DNA of 64,000 nucleotides from Patescibacteria group bacterium (lineage in GTDB: Bacteria; Patescibacteriota; Microgenomatia; UBA8517): contig JALHYA010000010.1 of the NCBI GenBank assembly GCA_022868165.1, forward strand, positions 375-64,374. The letters run 5' to 3'. Below, piece after piece: positions 18,840 to 29,287 of this stretch (positions are counted from its first letter, which is position 1; every line of letters begins with the position of its first letter). Made by a program: the position numbers and the translations under genes. Below the pieces are notes generated by a model. It was not told where the DNA came from. It worked only from the letters and a program-made list of their open reading frames with translations, and ran no database searches.

Positions 18840-21344
18840 ATGGCCAAGAAAAGCAAATATGATCATAGGTCCATAGAGGCCAAATGGCAAGAGGCTTGGG
18901 CGGGCGAGGGGATATATACTCCCGACGTAAACAAAGCCAAGAACCCTTTCTATAATCTGTGGATGTTTCCATACCCTTCTGCGGAGGGTCTTCATGCCGG
19001 GCATGCCTATGCCTCAACCGGAAGCGACATCTACGGTAGATTTATGAGAATGCAGGGAAAAGATGTTTTCCAGCCTATTGGATATGATTCTTTCGGAATC
19101 CACTCTGAAAATTACGCATTAAAAGTAGGGGAGAATCCGGAAACAATCGTACCTAAAACCAGCAAAAACTACGAAAGACAACTTAAGAGCTTGGGGCACG
19201 GCTACGATTGGACCAGGACCGTGACCACATCCGATATTGATTATTATGTTTGGACACAGTGGCTTTTTGTTCAGCTTTTTAAGGCCGGGTTGGCTTACCG
19301 CAAGGAAGCAAAAGTAAACTGGTGTCCTTCCTGTAAAACCGTGTTGGCAGACGAGCAAGTTATAAACGGAAAATGTGAGAGGTGTTCTACCGAGGTTCAA
19401 AAAAAGGACCTTGCCCAATGGTTTTTCAGGATTACGGATTATGCGGACAAGCTTCTGGCAAACCTTGAAAAAATCGATTGGCCCGGGCACATTAAGCTGT
19501 CGCAGAAAAATTGGATAGGGAAAAGCGAGGGCGAGAGCATCCGTTTTAGGCTTGTTGGCTCCTCGGAGTATATAGAAGTTTTTACAACCAGGCCGGATAC
19601 GCTTTACGGAGCCACTTTTTTGGTACTTTCGCCCCATAGCGCTTGGGTTGGGAAAGTCACAACTAAAGAAAACATGGGTAAAGTATCGGAATATGTCAAA
19701 AACCATCAGCAATCAGCAATTAACAATCAGCAATCCAAGCTTAAAACAGGAGTATTTACGGGCGGCTACACTATAAATCCGGCGACCGGGGAAGAAATCC
19801 CGATTTGGGTTTCCGATTATGTCTTGGAAGGCTACGGTTCGGGCGCGATAATGGGCGTTCCCAGCCACGACGAGAGGGATAAGGAATTTGCTTTGACACA
19901 CAAATTAGAAGTGAGACAGATTGTTCCGGATGAGGGGTTGTGGGATATAGTCGAACAAAAGGATTGGGGCCGGCGTGCGGTTAGTTTTCACTTAAGGGAT
20001 TGGCTTATCTCCCGTCAGCGCTATTGGGGACCTCCTATACCTGCGATTTACTGTCCGAGATGCGCCAAAGAAGGGAAATCGTACTTTTCGGAAGCTAAGG
20101 GGCAAATTCATGCCGACCAAAACGATTGGGAGCATACCGGCTGGTATCCTGTGGATGAAAATGAGCTTCCGGTGAAACTGCCGCACATTGAAGATTATCG
20201 TCCGGTAGGAACCGGAAAGGGTCCACTGGCCAACCATCCGGAGTTTTACGAGACTGTTTGCCCCGCCTGCGGCAGTAAAGCCATGCGTGAGACCGATGTT
20301 TCCGATACATTTCTTGATAGTTCGTGGTATTTCCTGCGTTACCCTTCGGTTGGCACAGAGTCGAAGTTAGAAGATAGAAGTTTGATGCTAGATGAGGATG
20401 TTAGAAGTGGGAAAGTCGGAAATAGGGTTTCCAACTTCAAGCTTCAAAATCCAGATTCACACATCCAACTTCCAACTTCTAGCCTTCCTTGGGATCCTGA
20501 GATCACAAGGCGATGGCTCCCGGTTGATTTGTATTTCGGAGGAGCCGAGCATGCCGTTTTGCATCTTATGTATTCCCGGTTTATGACAATGGTGCTTCAT
20601 GACATTGGAAAGGTGGACTTTGAGGAGCCTTTTCCGCGATTCTTTGCGCATGGACTCATGATTAAAGACAGCGCAAAGATGAGTAAATCCAAAGGCAATG
20701 TAGTCAATCCGGATCCGTATATCGAGAAGTTCGGAGCTGATGCACTGCGACTATATTTGATGTTCATTGGACCCATGGACGGCAGCCCCGTCTTTAGGGA
20801 TACGGGTATGGAAGGGATGAAGAGATTTGTCAATAGGCTCTGGGAGCTTTTTACAACAAAACCGGCCGAAAAAAGTAATAAAGAAGCTACTATCAAAATG
20901 CATCAAACCATAAACAAAGTGACGGAAGATATACAAAATTTCAGATATAACGTGGCCATAGCGGCAATTATGGAGTATGTAAATGTTCTTAAGGAGAATG
21001 GGGCATCGGCCGAGGCTTTAAAAAATCTTGCACTAATGCTTGCCCCGTTTGCTCCGCATATGACCGAAGAAGTTTGGCATATGATGGGCAATACATCATC
21101 GATTCATAAGGCTTCCTGGCCTCAATTTGATCCCGATTTGGCCAGAGAGAAGAGGGTGGTCGTGGTTGTACAGATTAACGGAAAACTTCGCGCAGAGCTT
21201 GAAGTAAACTCTCTGCAAGGCCAAAATCAGGAGGAAATCGAGAAACTTTCAAAATCCGATCCCAACATAGTTAAATGGTTAGAGGGGAAGAAGGTCAAAA
21301 AGGCCGTTTTCGTGCCCGGGCGATTAATTAATTTTGTAATTTAG
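18840..21344 (+). CDS. leuS: Leucine--tRNA ligase
   Basis: MFPYPSAEGLHAGH, FTTRPDT, DWLISRQRYWG, KMSKS. Confidence 0.97.
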   Translation: MAKKSKYDHRSIEAKWQEAWAGEGIYTPDVNKAKNPFYNLWMFPYPSAEGLHAGHAYASTGSDIYGRFMRMQGKDVFQPIGYDSFGIHSENYALKVGENPETIVPKTSKNYERQLKSLGHGYDWTRTVTTSDIDYYVWTQWLFVQLFKAGLAYRKEAKVNWCPSCKTVLADEQVINGKCERCSTEVQKKDLAQWFFRITDYADKLLANLEKIDWPGHIKLSQKNWIGKSEGESIRFRLVGSSEYIEVFTTRPDTLYGATFLVLSPHSAWVGKVTTKENMGKVSEYVKNHQQSAINNQQSKLKTGVFTGGYTINPATGEEIPIWVSDYVLEGYGSGAIMGVPSHDERDKEFALTHKLEVRQIVPDEGLWDIVEQKDWGRRAVSFHLRDWLISRQRYWGPPIPAIYCPRCAKEGKSYFSEAKGQIHADQNDWEHTGWYPVDENELPVKLPHIEDYRPVGTGKGPLANHPEFYETVCPACGSKAMRETDVSDTFLDSSWYFLRYPSVGTESKLEDRSLMLDEDVRSGKVGNRVSNFKLQNPDSHIQLPTSSLPWDPEITRRWLPVDLYFGGAEHAVLHLMYSRFMTMVLHDIGKVDFEEPFPRFFAHGLMIKDSAKMSKSKGNVVNPDPYIEKFGADALRLYLMFIGPMDGSPVFRDTGMEGMKRFVNRLWELFTTKPAEKSNKEATIKMHQTINKVTEDIQNFRYNVAIAAIMEYVNVLKENGASAEALKNLALMLAPFAPHMTEEVWHMMGNTSSIHKASWPQFDPDLAREKRVVVVVQINGKLRAELEVNSLQGQNQEEIEKLSKSDPNIVKWLEGKKVKKAVFVPGRLINFVI

Positions 21345-21349
21345 CCTTA

Positions 21350-21928
21350 ATGCCTGCCTTAAATAAGCGTCAGGTAGCATTTGCCTTAGCTGGCTTAATC
21401 TTACTTTCTCTGGGGCTTCTTCAAGTCCGCAAGACAGTGCAACTATCTCCGGAGCGGGTAAGTGTCTTGGAAGCGACGACAGAGGCCCAAAAAACCCAAA
21501 CAGATATTGTCGTAGAAATTTCCGGACAAGTCGAAAAGCCCGGCGTTTATAAATTACAAAACGGGTCTCGGGTCGAGGATTTAATTGTTGCCGCGGGAGG
21601 AATTTCGGCGGAGGCCGACAGAGTTTGGTTGGATAAAACTCTAAACCGCGCGGCAAAACTTTTGGACGGACAGAAACTTTTTATCCCACCTAAAAATAGC
21701 GGGGATATCAAAGTGTATCAGCCGTCCAATGCCGTTCAGGGGAGTGGTTTGATAAATATCAACACCGCAGGGCTTTCCGACCTGGATACGCTACCGGGTA
21801 TTGGCCCTGTTTACGGCCAAAACATCATCGAACACAGACCTTACTCAAATATCGAGGAGTTGGTGTCAAAAGGGGCTCTAAAGGAGTTTGTCTTTGAAAA
21901 AATCAAAGACAAAATAACCGCTTACTAA
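21350..21928 (+). CDS. comEA: Competence protein ComEA (SLBB + HhH)
   Basis: GQVEKPGVY; ININTA..LDTLPGIG. Confidence 0.9.
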   Translation: MPALNKRQVAFALAGLILLSLGLLQVRKTVQLSPERVSVLEATTEAQKTQTDIVVEISGQVEKPGVYKLQNGSRVEDLIVAAGGISAEADRVWLDKTLNRAAKLLDGQKLFIPPKNSGDIKVYQPSNAVQGSGLININTAGLSDLDTLPGIGPVYGQNIIEHRPYSNIEELVSKGALKEFVFEKIKDKITAY

Positions 21929-22798
21929 ATGCGAATATTGTTTTGGATTTTTCTAATTTCCTTTACAATTCTTCGTGTTATAACATCCGGCCCGACAAAA
22001 ATTACCGCCAATTTTCCTGAAGATACCAATCCTTTAAAAGAAAAAATTTCCTCTTTCTATAAAAAGACTTTGCCGGAACCGCATGCATCGCTCCTGAGCG
22101 GAATGGTGTTGGGGACAAAGACAGGTCTTCCTTATAATTTTTGGCAGTCACTAAAGATTACCGGGACCGCCCATGTTGTTGTGGCGTCGGGAATGAATGT
22201 CAGTCTTTTGGCAGGATTTTTGCTGGGCTTTTTGGCCTTGTTTTTCAAAAGGAAAACTGCGATACCAATTCTTTTGACTGCAATTTGGGGTTATGTATTT
22301 TTAGTCGGCTTTGAAGCGCCGATTGTACGGGCGGGGATAATGGGTAGCCTGGCGTTTGCCGGACAAACCCTAGGTAGGGTGGTATCGGTATGGCGTATTT
22401 TGGCCTTGACGGTTCTTGTCATGCTGGCGGTTAAGCCAACTTGGGCGTTTGAACTGGGTTTTATTCTTTCGTTTCTGGCCACAACGTCACTAATGCTCTT
22501 TGAGTCCCGAATAAGAACATATATCAAAGTTCTTCCGGAAGTGGTAAAGGAGGGCCTTTCTACATCTCTGGCTGCACAGGTTGGAGTTGCTCCGATACTG
22601 TTTGTTACATTTGGCCAGTTTAACCCGCTTTCCCCCGTGATAAACGCCTTGGTTCTCTGGACGGTACCCCTGATTACTATTATCGGGGCCTTGGCAGGCA
22701 TAATCGGAATGGCGGTACCGTTTCTGGGCAGCCTCGTACTTTATCTTTGTTATCCTCTTACAAGCTGGTTTATATGGGTAGTAACAAGCCTTTCGTAA
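21929..22798 (+). CDS. comEC: ComEC competence membrane domain
   Basis: GTAHVVVASGMNV, RAGIM, GFILSFLAT. Confidence 0.9.
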   Translation: MRILFWIFLISFTILRVITSGPTKITANFPEDTNPLKEKISSFYKKTLPEPHASLLSGMVLGTKTGLPYNFWQSLKITGTAHVVVASGMNVSLLAGFLLGFLALFFKRKTAIPILLTAIWGYVFLVGFEAPIVRAGIMGSLAFAGQTLGRVVSVWRILALTVLVMLAVKPTWAFELGFILSFLATTSLMLFESRIRTYIKVLPEVVKEGLSTSLAAQVGVAPILFVTFGQFNPLSPVINALVLWTVPLITIIGALAGIIGMAVPFLGSLVLYLCYPLTSWFIWVVTSLS

Positions 22799-23616
22799 AG
22801 TATATTATCGGGGGAGTTGGGCTATTTTTTGTCAGCGTTTGGCTGGCAATTTGGGCCATTCCCGACTCTTCGCTGCATTTGATTGCTTGTGATGTTGGTC
22901 AGGGAGATGCAATTTTGGCAACTTGGGGTACTTTTCAAGTTTTAACCGACGCTGGTCCGGGAAAGCGGGTTTTGGATTGTTTATCAAAACATATGCCCTT
23001 TTGGGACAGGGAAATAGAGGTCGTAGTTTTGACCCATCCGCAGATAGACCACTTCGGGGGACTGGCTGAAGTAATCAGCCGATATAAAGTTGACACTTTT
23101 GTAAAAACACAAGCAAGCTCTGACACTGACGAGTATCGAGTGCTAGAAAATGCGGTGGGGGGTAGTAGGGCACGGGTAGTATATGCGGATGTTGGTACTC
23201 AGGTCAGAGCTGGGAAGATATATTTAGATATAGTTCACCCGCCGAAAGGCCTGACATCCTCCGACGATAACGATTTATCTATCGTTTCCATCCTTAAATT
23301 CGTCAATTTCGAGGCTCTTTTGACCGGCGACATAAGCCCCAAAGCAACCCAGCTGATTTTATCAAAAAACCTAATCGGACCTGTCGAATATATCAAAGTA
23401 CCTCATCATGGTTCGCGCTACGGATTGACAAAAAGCCTTTTGGAAGTCTCAAGGCCCCAGTTTGCGGTTATTTCTTTGAAGAGAGGCAACTCCTATGGCC
23501 ATCCGCACAAAGAGACTTTAGACCTGCTTGCGGAATTTGGCATCAAAGTTTACCGGACCGACGAAATTGGAGATGTTGAAATTATTTCCGACGGGGAAAG
23601 GTGGGGCCTGAAATAG
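22774..23616 (+). CDS. ComEC-type metallo-beta-lactamase domain protein (split ComEC)
   Basis: DVGQGDA, THPQIDHFGG, LLTGD, VPHHGS, YGHPH. Confidence 0.9.
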   Translation: MGSNKPFVKYIIGGVGLFFVSVWLAIWAIPDSSLHLIACDVGQGDAILATWGTFQVLTDAGPGKRVLDCLSKHMPFWDREIEVVVLTHPQIDHFGGLAEVISRYKVDTFVKTQASSDTDEYRVLENAVGGSRARVVYADVGTQVRAGKIYLDIVHPPKGLTSSDDNDLSIVSILKFVNFEALLTGDISPKATQLILSKNLIGPVEYIKVPHHGSRYGLTKSLLEVSRPQFAVISLKRGNSYGHPHKETLDLLAEFGIKVYRTDEIGDVEIISDGERWGLK

Positions 23617-23642
23617 TTAGTAGAGTATAGTATCATCAAAAC

Positions 23643-25313
23643 ATGAAGGATGTAGTCGAAAAAGCTGTCAAAAAGGCAATCGGAAGAAATGATGTTTTGG
23701 TTGAGTTTACGGAGAACGAAAACTTCGGAGATTTTTCAACAAATATTGCCCTGCATTTGGGCGGGAGTCCCAAAGAAGAAGCGGAAAAATTAGTCGATAT
23801 TCTTAAGAAAAGCCCGGAACTTACAAAAATTGTTTCGAAAATCGAGGTCGCCGGACCGGGATTTATTAATTTCCGGCTTTCAAAAGAAGCGCTTTTGGAA
23901 AATCTTGAAGAAATACTCAAAGTAAAAGAGTCATTCGGCGCTTCCGATATCGGAAAGAGGAAAACAACAATTGTGGAGTACTCTTCGCCGAATATAGCAA
24001 AACATTTCGCAATAGGTCATTTACGCTCGACAATTATCGGCAAAGCACTATTTAATATGTATGGTTTTCTGGGTTATAAGACCATTGGTGAGAATCATTT
24101 GGGAGATTGGGGAACGCAATTTGGTACTTTGCTGTACCAAATTAACAGTCAACATTTAACAGTTGACAAATTGACTCTCGACGAACTTCAAGACCTTTAT
24201 GTCGATTTCCACGAAAAAGCCGAAATAAATCCCGAGCTTTGGGATGAGGCCAGAACTTGGTTTAAGAAGCTCGAGGGGGGAGATGAGGAAGCCCGACATA
24301 TTTGGCGAAGCTTGGTAGAAAAATCCATGGTCGAATTCGAAAGAATTTACAATATTCTTGGAGTTAATATCGAAAATGCTCACGGAGAGAGCTTCTACGA
24401 AGGCATTATGCCTTCGGTCATCGAGGATATTCGAAAGCGTAAGCTTTCGAAAAAGAGTCTAGGAGCAGAAATAGTCGAGTTTAAGGATTTACCCCCGGCG
24501 ATGCTTATCAAAAGCGACGGGACAACGACCTATTACACAAGAGATTTGGCGGCTCTGGCTTACAGAATTAAAACTTGGGATCCGGCCTTGATTATATATG
24601 AGGTCGGAAGCGATCAAATACTTCATTTCAGACAGGTTTTTGAAACGGCAAAGTTTCTTGGCTGGTCCGAAGGCAGGGAATTTGTTCACATAGCTCATGG
24701 TTTGATACGGTTTGAACATGGCAAGATGTCTACCCGGAAAGGGCAGAGCATTAAACTCGAGGAAGTATTGGACGAGGCGATTAAAAGGGCAAGACAGATA
24801 ATCGAAAAATCCGAAACCGGTAGGGGTTTAGCGGAGGATGAGAAAGGTAAAGTTGCCAAAGCCGTTGGTATTGGGGCGGTTAAATATTTCGACCTTATGC
24901 ATCACCCGCAAACGGACATTGTTTTTGATTGGAATAAAGTATTCGTGCTCGAGGGGAATTCCGCTCCCTATTTGCAATATACCGTCGCTCGGACGAATTC
25001 AGTCCTCGCAAAAGCACAAAAAAGTTTCGAATTTCGAATTTCGAATTTCGAATTTAACTCCGAGGAACTTGGAGTTTTGAGGAGTTTAGCCCGATTTGGC
25101 GATGTAATCATCACCGCGGCCAAAAATTACTCACCAAATCTGCTCACGAACTATCTTTTCGACCTGGCTCAAAAGTTCAATGCTTTTTATAACTCAAATC
25201 GCATCATTGGTTCAGATTCTGAAGCTCTTAGGCTTAGACTAACCTCTGCCACCGGCCAGGTATTAAAAAATGGCCTAACACTTTTAGGGATTGAAACTCC
25301 GGAGAGGATGTAG
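23643..25313 (+). CDS. argS: Arginine--tRNA ligase
   Basis: EYSSPNIAK, GHLRS, GDWGTQFG, KMSTRKG, YLQY. Confidence 0.97.
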   Translation: MKDVVEKAVKKAIGRNDVLVEFTENENFGDFSTNIALHLGGSPKEEAEKLVDILKKSPELTKIVSKIEVAGPGFINFRLSKEALLENLEEILKVKESFGASDIGKRKTTIVEYSSPNIAKHFAIGHLRSTIIGKALFNMYGFLGYKTIGENHLGDWGTQFGTLLYQINSQHLTVDKLTLDELQDLYVDFHEKAEINPELWDEARTWFKKLEGGDEEARHIWRSLVEKSMVEFERIYNILGVNIENAHGESFYEGIMPSVIEDIRKRKLSKKSLGAEIVEFKDLPPAMLIKSDGTTTYYTRDLAALAYRIKTWDPALIIYEVGSDQILHFRQVFETAKFLGWSEGREFVHIAHGLIRFEHGKMSTRKGQSIKLEEVLDEAIKRARQIIEKSETGRGLAEDEKGKVAKAVGIGAVKYFDLMHHPQTDIVFDWNKVFVLEGNSAPYLQYTVARTNSVLAKAQKSFEFRISNFEFNSEELGVLRSLARFGDVIITAAKNYSPNLLTNYLFDLAQKFNAFYNSNRIIGSDSEALRLRLTSATGQVLKNGLTLLGIETPERM

Positions 25314-25322
25314 CTTTGTAGA

Positions 25323-25892
25323 TTAGTTTTTGAGGGTTTCTTCTACTTTCTTCTCGATTTTGACAATCGGTTCCTCGATTATCTGCGCGACGGTTTCCGG
25401 CTTTGACATCTGCTCTTCAAGCTTTCTTTCGATATATGAGGTGTCAATCTGCTTTATCATCTCTTCAAGCTCGTCATCCTCAATTTTTATGCCTTGTTTG
25501 GAGGCAATATGTTTTAATATTTGCAGGATTTTGGTAATTTCCTTCTCCGCTATCAAATTTACCTGAAGCTGAAGCTCTTGGCGAATGCTTGCGATTTGGT
25601 TTTCGCGGTTCTGGCTGATAAGGACAATTATGGAAAGAAGTATCGCATATGTTGAGACGGCGACGGAGAGAAGCAGGAACGGAAACGGGTCGAATGGCTT
25701 AAAGGGGGTTTTGCCTGTATTGACAACGAGCCAGAAAATAAAGACCAAAAGGTTCACAATAAGAAAGAACATTGTGCCGAAAGAGGAAGTAAGAGCGTCG
25801 GCTATACGTACATAAAAAGGTCTTTTCTTTAGTTCCACCGATTCAAAGCTTCTTACAATGTGATGAGTCCTGTGATGGGGATGACCTGGCAT
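25323..25892 (-). CDS. DUF1003 membrane protein
   Basis: RIAD..FG..FDPFPF.LL..ILISQNR; the longer track ORF overlaps the M16 gene, so true start is probably 25892 or 25901. Confidence 0.8.
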   Translation of the reverse strand: MPGHPHHRTHHIVRSFESVELKKRPFYVRIADALTSSFGTMFFLIVNLLVFIFWLVVNTGKTPFKPFDPFPFLLLSVAVSTYAILLSIIVLISQNRENQIASIRQELQLQVNLIAEKEITKILQILKHIASKQGIKIEDDELEEMIKQIDTSYIERKLEEQMSKPETVAQIIEEPIVKIEKKVEETLKN

Positions 25893-25938
25893 TAGAAACA
25901 TTGTATAATCGCAAACAGTCCAAGTCCAGTCGGAAGAG

Positions 25939-27210
25939 ATGAAATATACTAAAACTACTCTTAAAAACGGTTTGAGAGTGATAACCACTCCAATTGCGAC
26001 TCTTGAATCGGCCACAGTTACGGTTTGGGTTAAAACCGGCTCCCGCTTGGAAGAAAAAAGGGTGAACGGAATCTCACATTTTTTGGAACACATGGTTTTT
26101 AAGGGAAGCAAGAAGCGCCCTACGGCCAAAGATATTTCGGAAGCTGTCGATTCTTTCGGTGGCGAATTCAATGCGGGAACATCCAAAGAGTGGACGAACT
26201 TCTATATAAAGGCAACGGCAAAGCATCTGGAAGACGCTTTCGATATCTTAAGCGATATGGTTCTTAACCCCCTTCTTAGGGAAGAAGAGATAGAAAGAGA
26301 AAAAGGAGTGATAGTCGAAGAAATTAATATGTATGAAGATACTCCGATAATGAAAATCGGAGATATTTTTGAGGAGCTTGCATATTCGGGAAATTCACTC
26401 GGCTGGGATGCCGCGGGAAAGCCAAAAACAGTCAGAGCAATCAAAAGAGATGATTTCTTGCGATATAGAAAGAAGCATTATTATGCAGAAAATATGGTTG
26501 TAACTGTTGCAGGAGGAATAAAAGAGCAGGAAACGATTAATTTGGCCCAAAAATATTTTGGCGGTTTAAAATCTGGGTCAACGTCTGCATATAAAACCTT
26601 CGACAAAAGGCAAACTAAACCACAAGTACTTCTGAAGTCCAAGAAAAACGAGCAGGCACACTTTATTTTGGGCTTTTTGGGAGAACCCCGCGGGCATAAA
26701 GACCGGTTTGTCGAGGCAACGCTGGCTTCGATTTTGGGCGGGGGAATGAGCTCGAGACTTTTTATTGAAATTCGCGAAAGGCGAGGCTTGGCTTATTCCG
26801 TCAGAACCAGCGCGGACCATTACGGAGATACGGGTTCTTTTGCCACCTACGCAGGGGTTGATATAAATAAGGTCGATGAAGCAATAGCCGTAATGCTTCA
26901 ACAGCTTTACGGAATTTCCAATGGCCAATTTCCAATTTCCAATAAAGAACTCAAGAAGGCCAAGGAATTCATAAAAGGCCATATAGCGCTCGGACTCGAA
27001 GATACAAAGGCGGTAAATGACCTTTTTGGGGAAAATGAGCTCTTTTTGAACAAAGTTGAGACTCCGGAACAAATATTTGTCGGCATAGATAAAGTAAAAA
27101 CAGACGATGTGGTTGCTTTGGCCAAGAAGCTCTTCCTGCCGGAAAGGTTGAATTTGGCGATAATCGGACCCTATAAAGACCAAAAAAGATTCGAAAAACT
27201 TCTTGAATGA
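25939..27210 (+). CDS. M16-family (pitrilysin-like) zinc peptidase
   Basis: HFLEH.VFKG, SSRLF.EIRERRGLAY. Confidence 0.95.
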   Translation: MKYTKTTLKNGLRVITTPIATLESATVTVWVKTGSRLEEKRVNGISHFLEHMVFKGSKKRPTAKDISEAVDSFGGEFNAGTSKEWTNFYIKATAKHLEDAFDILSDMVLNPLLREEEIEREKGVIVEEINMYEDTPIMKIGDIFEELAYSGNSLGWDAAGKPKTVRAIKRDDFLRYRKKHYYAENMVVTVAGGIKEQETINLAQKYFGGLKSGSTSAYKTFDKRQTKPQVLLKSKKNEQAHFILGFLGEPRGHKDRFVEATLASILGGGMSSRLFIEIRERRGLAYSVRTSADHYGDTGSFATYAGVDINKVDEAIAVMLQQLYGISNGQFPISNKELKKAKEFIKGHIALGLEDTKAVNDLFGENELFLNKVETPEQIFVGIDKVKTDDVVALAKKLFLPERLNLAIIGPYKDQKRFEKLLE

Positions 27211-27758
27211 AAGACGAAACAGTTGTTTTAATCAAACCCGACGGAGTCAGAAAGGGGATAATCGGGGAAATAATGGCCAGATTTGAGCGCGTAGGCTTAA
27301 AAATCGCAGCTGCGAAGATGATTTGGGTGGATAAAACTTTTGTGGGGAAGCACTATCAGGATAAAGATGCTTATCATAAGACGGTGGGGACAAAAATCCT
27401 CGAGAATTATCAAAAATTCGGATTGGACGCAAACGAAAGCCTGGGCACAAAAGATCCCGTCAAAATAGGCAGAATGGTAAGGAATTGGAATATGGAATTT
27501 TTGTCTTCGGGCCCGGTTTTTGCGATGCTTCTTGAAGGACCTGATGCCGTTTTAATCGTCAGAAAAATCGTAGGCAGCACTTTTCCCGCGGATGCCCTTC
27601 CGGGCACAATTCGCGGCGATTTTTCTCTGGATTCAGCTTACATATCAAATCTCCAAAGAAGGACTACTCAAAATGTGATTCACGCTTCAGGCTCCAAAGA
27701 AGAAGCGGAATTCGAAAAGAAGCTCTGGTTCAAAAACTCCGAGATATACAAGTATTAA
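27207..27758 (+). CDS. ndk: Nucleoside-diphosphate kinase
   Basis: IKPDGV, PGTIRGDF, NVIHAS. Confidence 0.93.
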   Translation: MKDETVVLIKPDGVRKGIIGEIMARFERVGLKIAAAKMIWVDKTFVGKHYQDKDAYHKTVGTKILENYQKFGLDANESLGTKDPVKIGRMVRNWNMEFLSSGPVFAMLLEGPDAVLIVRKIVGSTFPADALPGTIRGDFSLDSAYISNLQRRTTQNVIHASGSKEEAEFEKKLWFKNSEIYKY

Positions 27759-27842
27759 GTCGGGGTGCCCGGACTTGTGTGCATAACCATTTCTTGCACT
27801 ATCAAGGCCGGCACAAGTTTTAAGTCGGGGTGCCCGGACTTG
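27748..27842. repeat. 30-bp direct repeat including the tRNA-Pro 3' end (att-like scar)
   Basis: acaagt(a/t)ttaagtcggggtgcccggacttg at 27748 and 27813, 29/30 identical. Confidence 0.8.
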
Positions 27843-27896
27843 AACCGGGAACCTCTCGCACCCGAAGCGAGCGCTCTACCATTGAGCCACACCCCG
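27825..27896 (-). tRNA. tRNA-Pro(CGG)
   Basis: Cloverleaf; anticodon arm CTCGC-TTCGGGT-GCGAG; no encoded CCA. Confidence 0.93.
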
Positions 27897-27899
27897 ATT

Positions 27900-27974
27900 T
27901 GGTGCCCCTGGCAGGAGTCGAACTTGCATCACCCGCTTAGGACGCGGATGCTCTATCCGTTGAGCTACAGGGGC
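27900..27974 (-). tRNA. tRNA-Arg(CCT)
   Basis: Anticodon loop GT-CCT-AA in a CCGC/GCGG stem; 3' CCA. Confidence 0.93.
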
Positions 27975-27985
27975 TTACAGCGAAA

Positions 27986-28097
27986 TTATAGCAGGATTCA
28001 AGAAAACTCTCGACTTTCAGTCGGGAGATGAATTGAACGCTGATATGTCATTCTCCTTTAGAGGAAACCCCGCTCTTCAGAGCGGGCAGGATGTCAT
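27986..28097 (+). mobile_element. ~110-bp palindromic element, copy 1 (IS200/IS605-derived PATE-like)
   Basis: Left hairpin CTCTCGACT-TTC-AGTCGGGAG, right hairpin CCCGCTCT-TC-AGAGCGGG followed by CAGGATGTCAT; homologues at 29284, 59704, 34268. Confidence 0.65.
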
Positions 28098-28111
28098 AAC
28101 ACAAGACAAGA

Positions 28112-29287
28112 TTATCTGAGGCTAATCGAGTATAGGTTTGCGGTTGTAGAATCCGAGCCCAAGTTGGTTAGTATCAAGAGCCTATCAGCGGAAGCATAGG
28201 GGAATGCGTTGGGTGCAATATAACTTCCCGTATAAACCACCTGTCTGTTGGTTCCGTCATAATCCATTATCGTGATTTTTGCGTCCTCGGCCAAAACCAA
28301 ATTTTTGGAAGAGGGGAACCAAAACACATTTGCCCCAGATTCGGCGACAAAGAAATTTCTGTCCTCTTTGATATCGTACACATAGGTGCGACCTGGTTTA
28401 ATATCCCTTTCCTGCTTTTGGGTTGAAGAGCCGGGAATAGGGTTAATCAGCTTATCGGGAATTGTCGCCGACCCGCTGGCTGTAAAGAGAATTTTTGAAT
28501 CGTCCAGAGAGAAATTAATGCCGGTTGCATCCCTAGTTAATATATCCGTCAATTCTTGGGGAAGCGAGCGCATTTTGTCGCTTAGCCTTTTTTGTGCATC
28601 CTGAGCCCAAGAAGCCAGTATCTGCGGACTTCTTGCGGCCACATTTACTCGCCCGCTCTGCGCCGTAGATGAGCCCGTATCCAATAGATAAGTGCCTTTT
28701 GTTGTGGCCAAAAGGATTTGCCTGCCGTCAGGCGAGAATTGCCATGAGGCACCAGTTGAAAAATCTCCGTCCGTAATTTCTCTGGGACCCTGGGCAAACC
28801 CCAACGGCAAATTTACGTTTTCAATAATCCAGAGGCCGTTTTTGGTATTTCCCTGGTTATCCTGCGTTTGGGGAATTGCATAGGCTATTTTTGAGAAATC
28901 GGCCGACGCTTGCGGATTGATTACCCCCGAGAATGTCAAAGCCGAAAGCGAAGGGACGCTTCTAAAAAGGTACGCATCTATCTCCGTGACTACCTCTTTA
29001 TCGATCCCAATACGCTTATTCCAGCTCATATAGCCGTCTTTTCTGATGCTTAAATCATAGTTTCCCGGGCCAAGAGGAAAAGTGGTGTTGGTTGCGTTTT
29101 TCAGCTCCCCGTTTACGAAAATTTGAGCTCCGTCAGGCACGGATTTAACAACCATAATACCATTGGAAACAAAACGGAAAGTGCGGCTGTCGAATCTATA
29201 TCCCCGTGCGTAGAGTGAGACAAAATAGCCTAAAGTTCCCACAACAAGTATCGTAAGGCCAAAGAAAAACAAACGCAGTCTTGTCAT
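28112..29287 (-). CDS. PEGA-domain membrane-anchored protein with beta-propeller-like region
   Basis: YARGYRF, S.PDGAQIFVNG, PGNY.L.I.KDGY; start MTRLRL at 29287. Confidence 0.85.
   Translation of the reverse strand: MTRLRLFFFGLTILVVGTLGYFVSLYARGYRFDSRTFRFVSNGIMVVKSVPDGAQIFVNGELKNATNTTFPLGPGNYDLSIRKDGYMSWNKRIGIDKEVVTEIDAYLFRSVPSLSALTFSGVINPQASADFSKIAYAIPQTQDNQGNTKNGLWIIENVNLPLGFAQGPREITDGDFSTGASWQFSPDGRQILLATTKGTYLLDTGSSTAQSGRVNVAARSPQILASWAQDAQKRLSDKMRSLPQELTDILTRDATGINFSLDDSKILFTASGSATIPDKLINPIPGSSTQKQERDIKPGRTYVYDIKEDRNFFVAESGANVFWFPSSKNLVLAEDAKITIMDYDGTNRQVVYTGSYIAPNAFPYASADRLLILTNLGSDSTTANLYSISLR

Noticed and set aside
27748-27842. Mini CRISPR (30-bp repeat, 35-bp spacer)
   Set aside because: Only two copies, the repeat is the tRNA-Pro 3' end, and there are no cas genes.
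28040-28097. Hammerhead ribozyme (CTGA..GAAA three-way junction)
   Set aside because: Core reads CTGATAT, not CUGANGA, and stem order does not fit.
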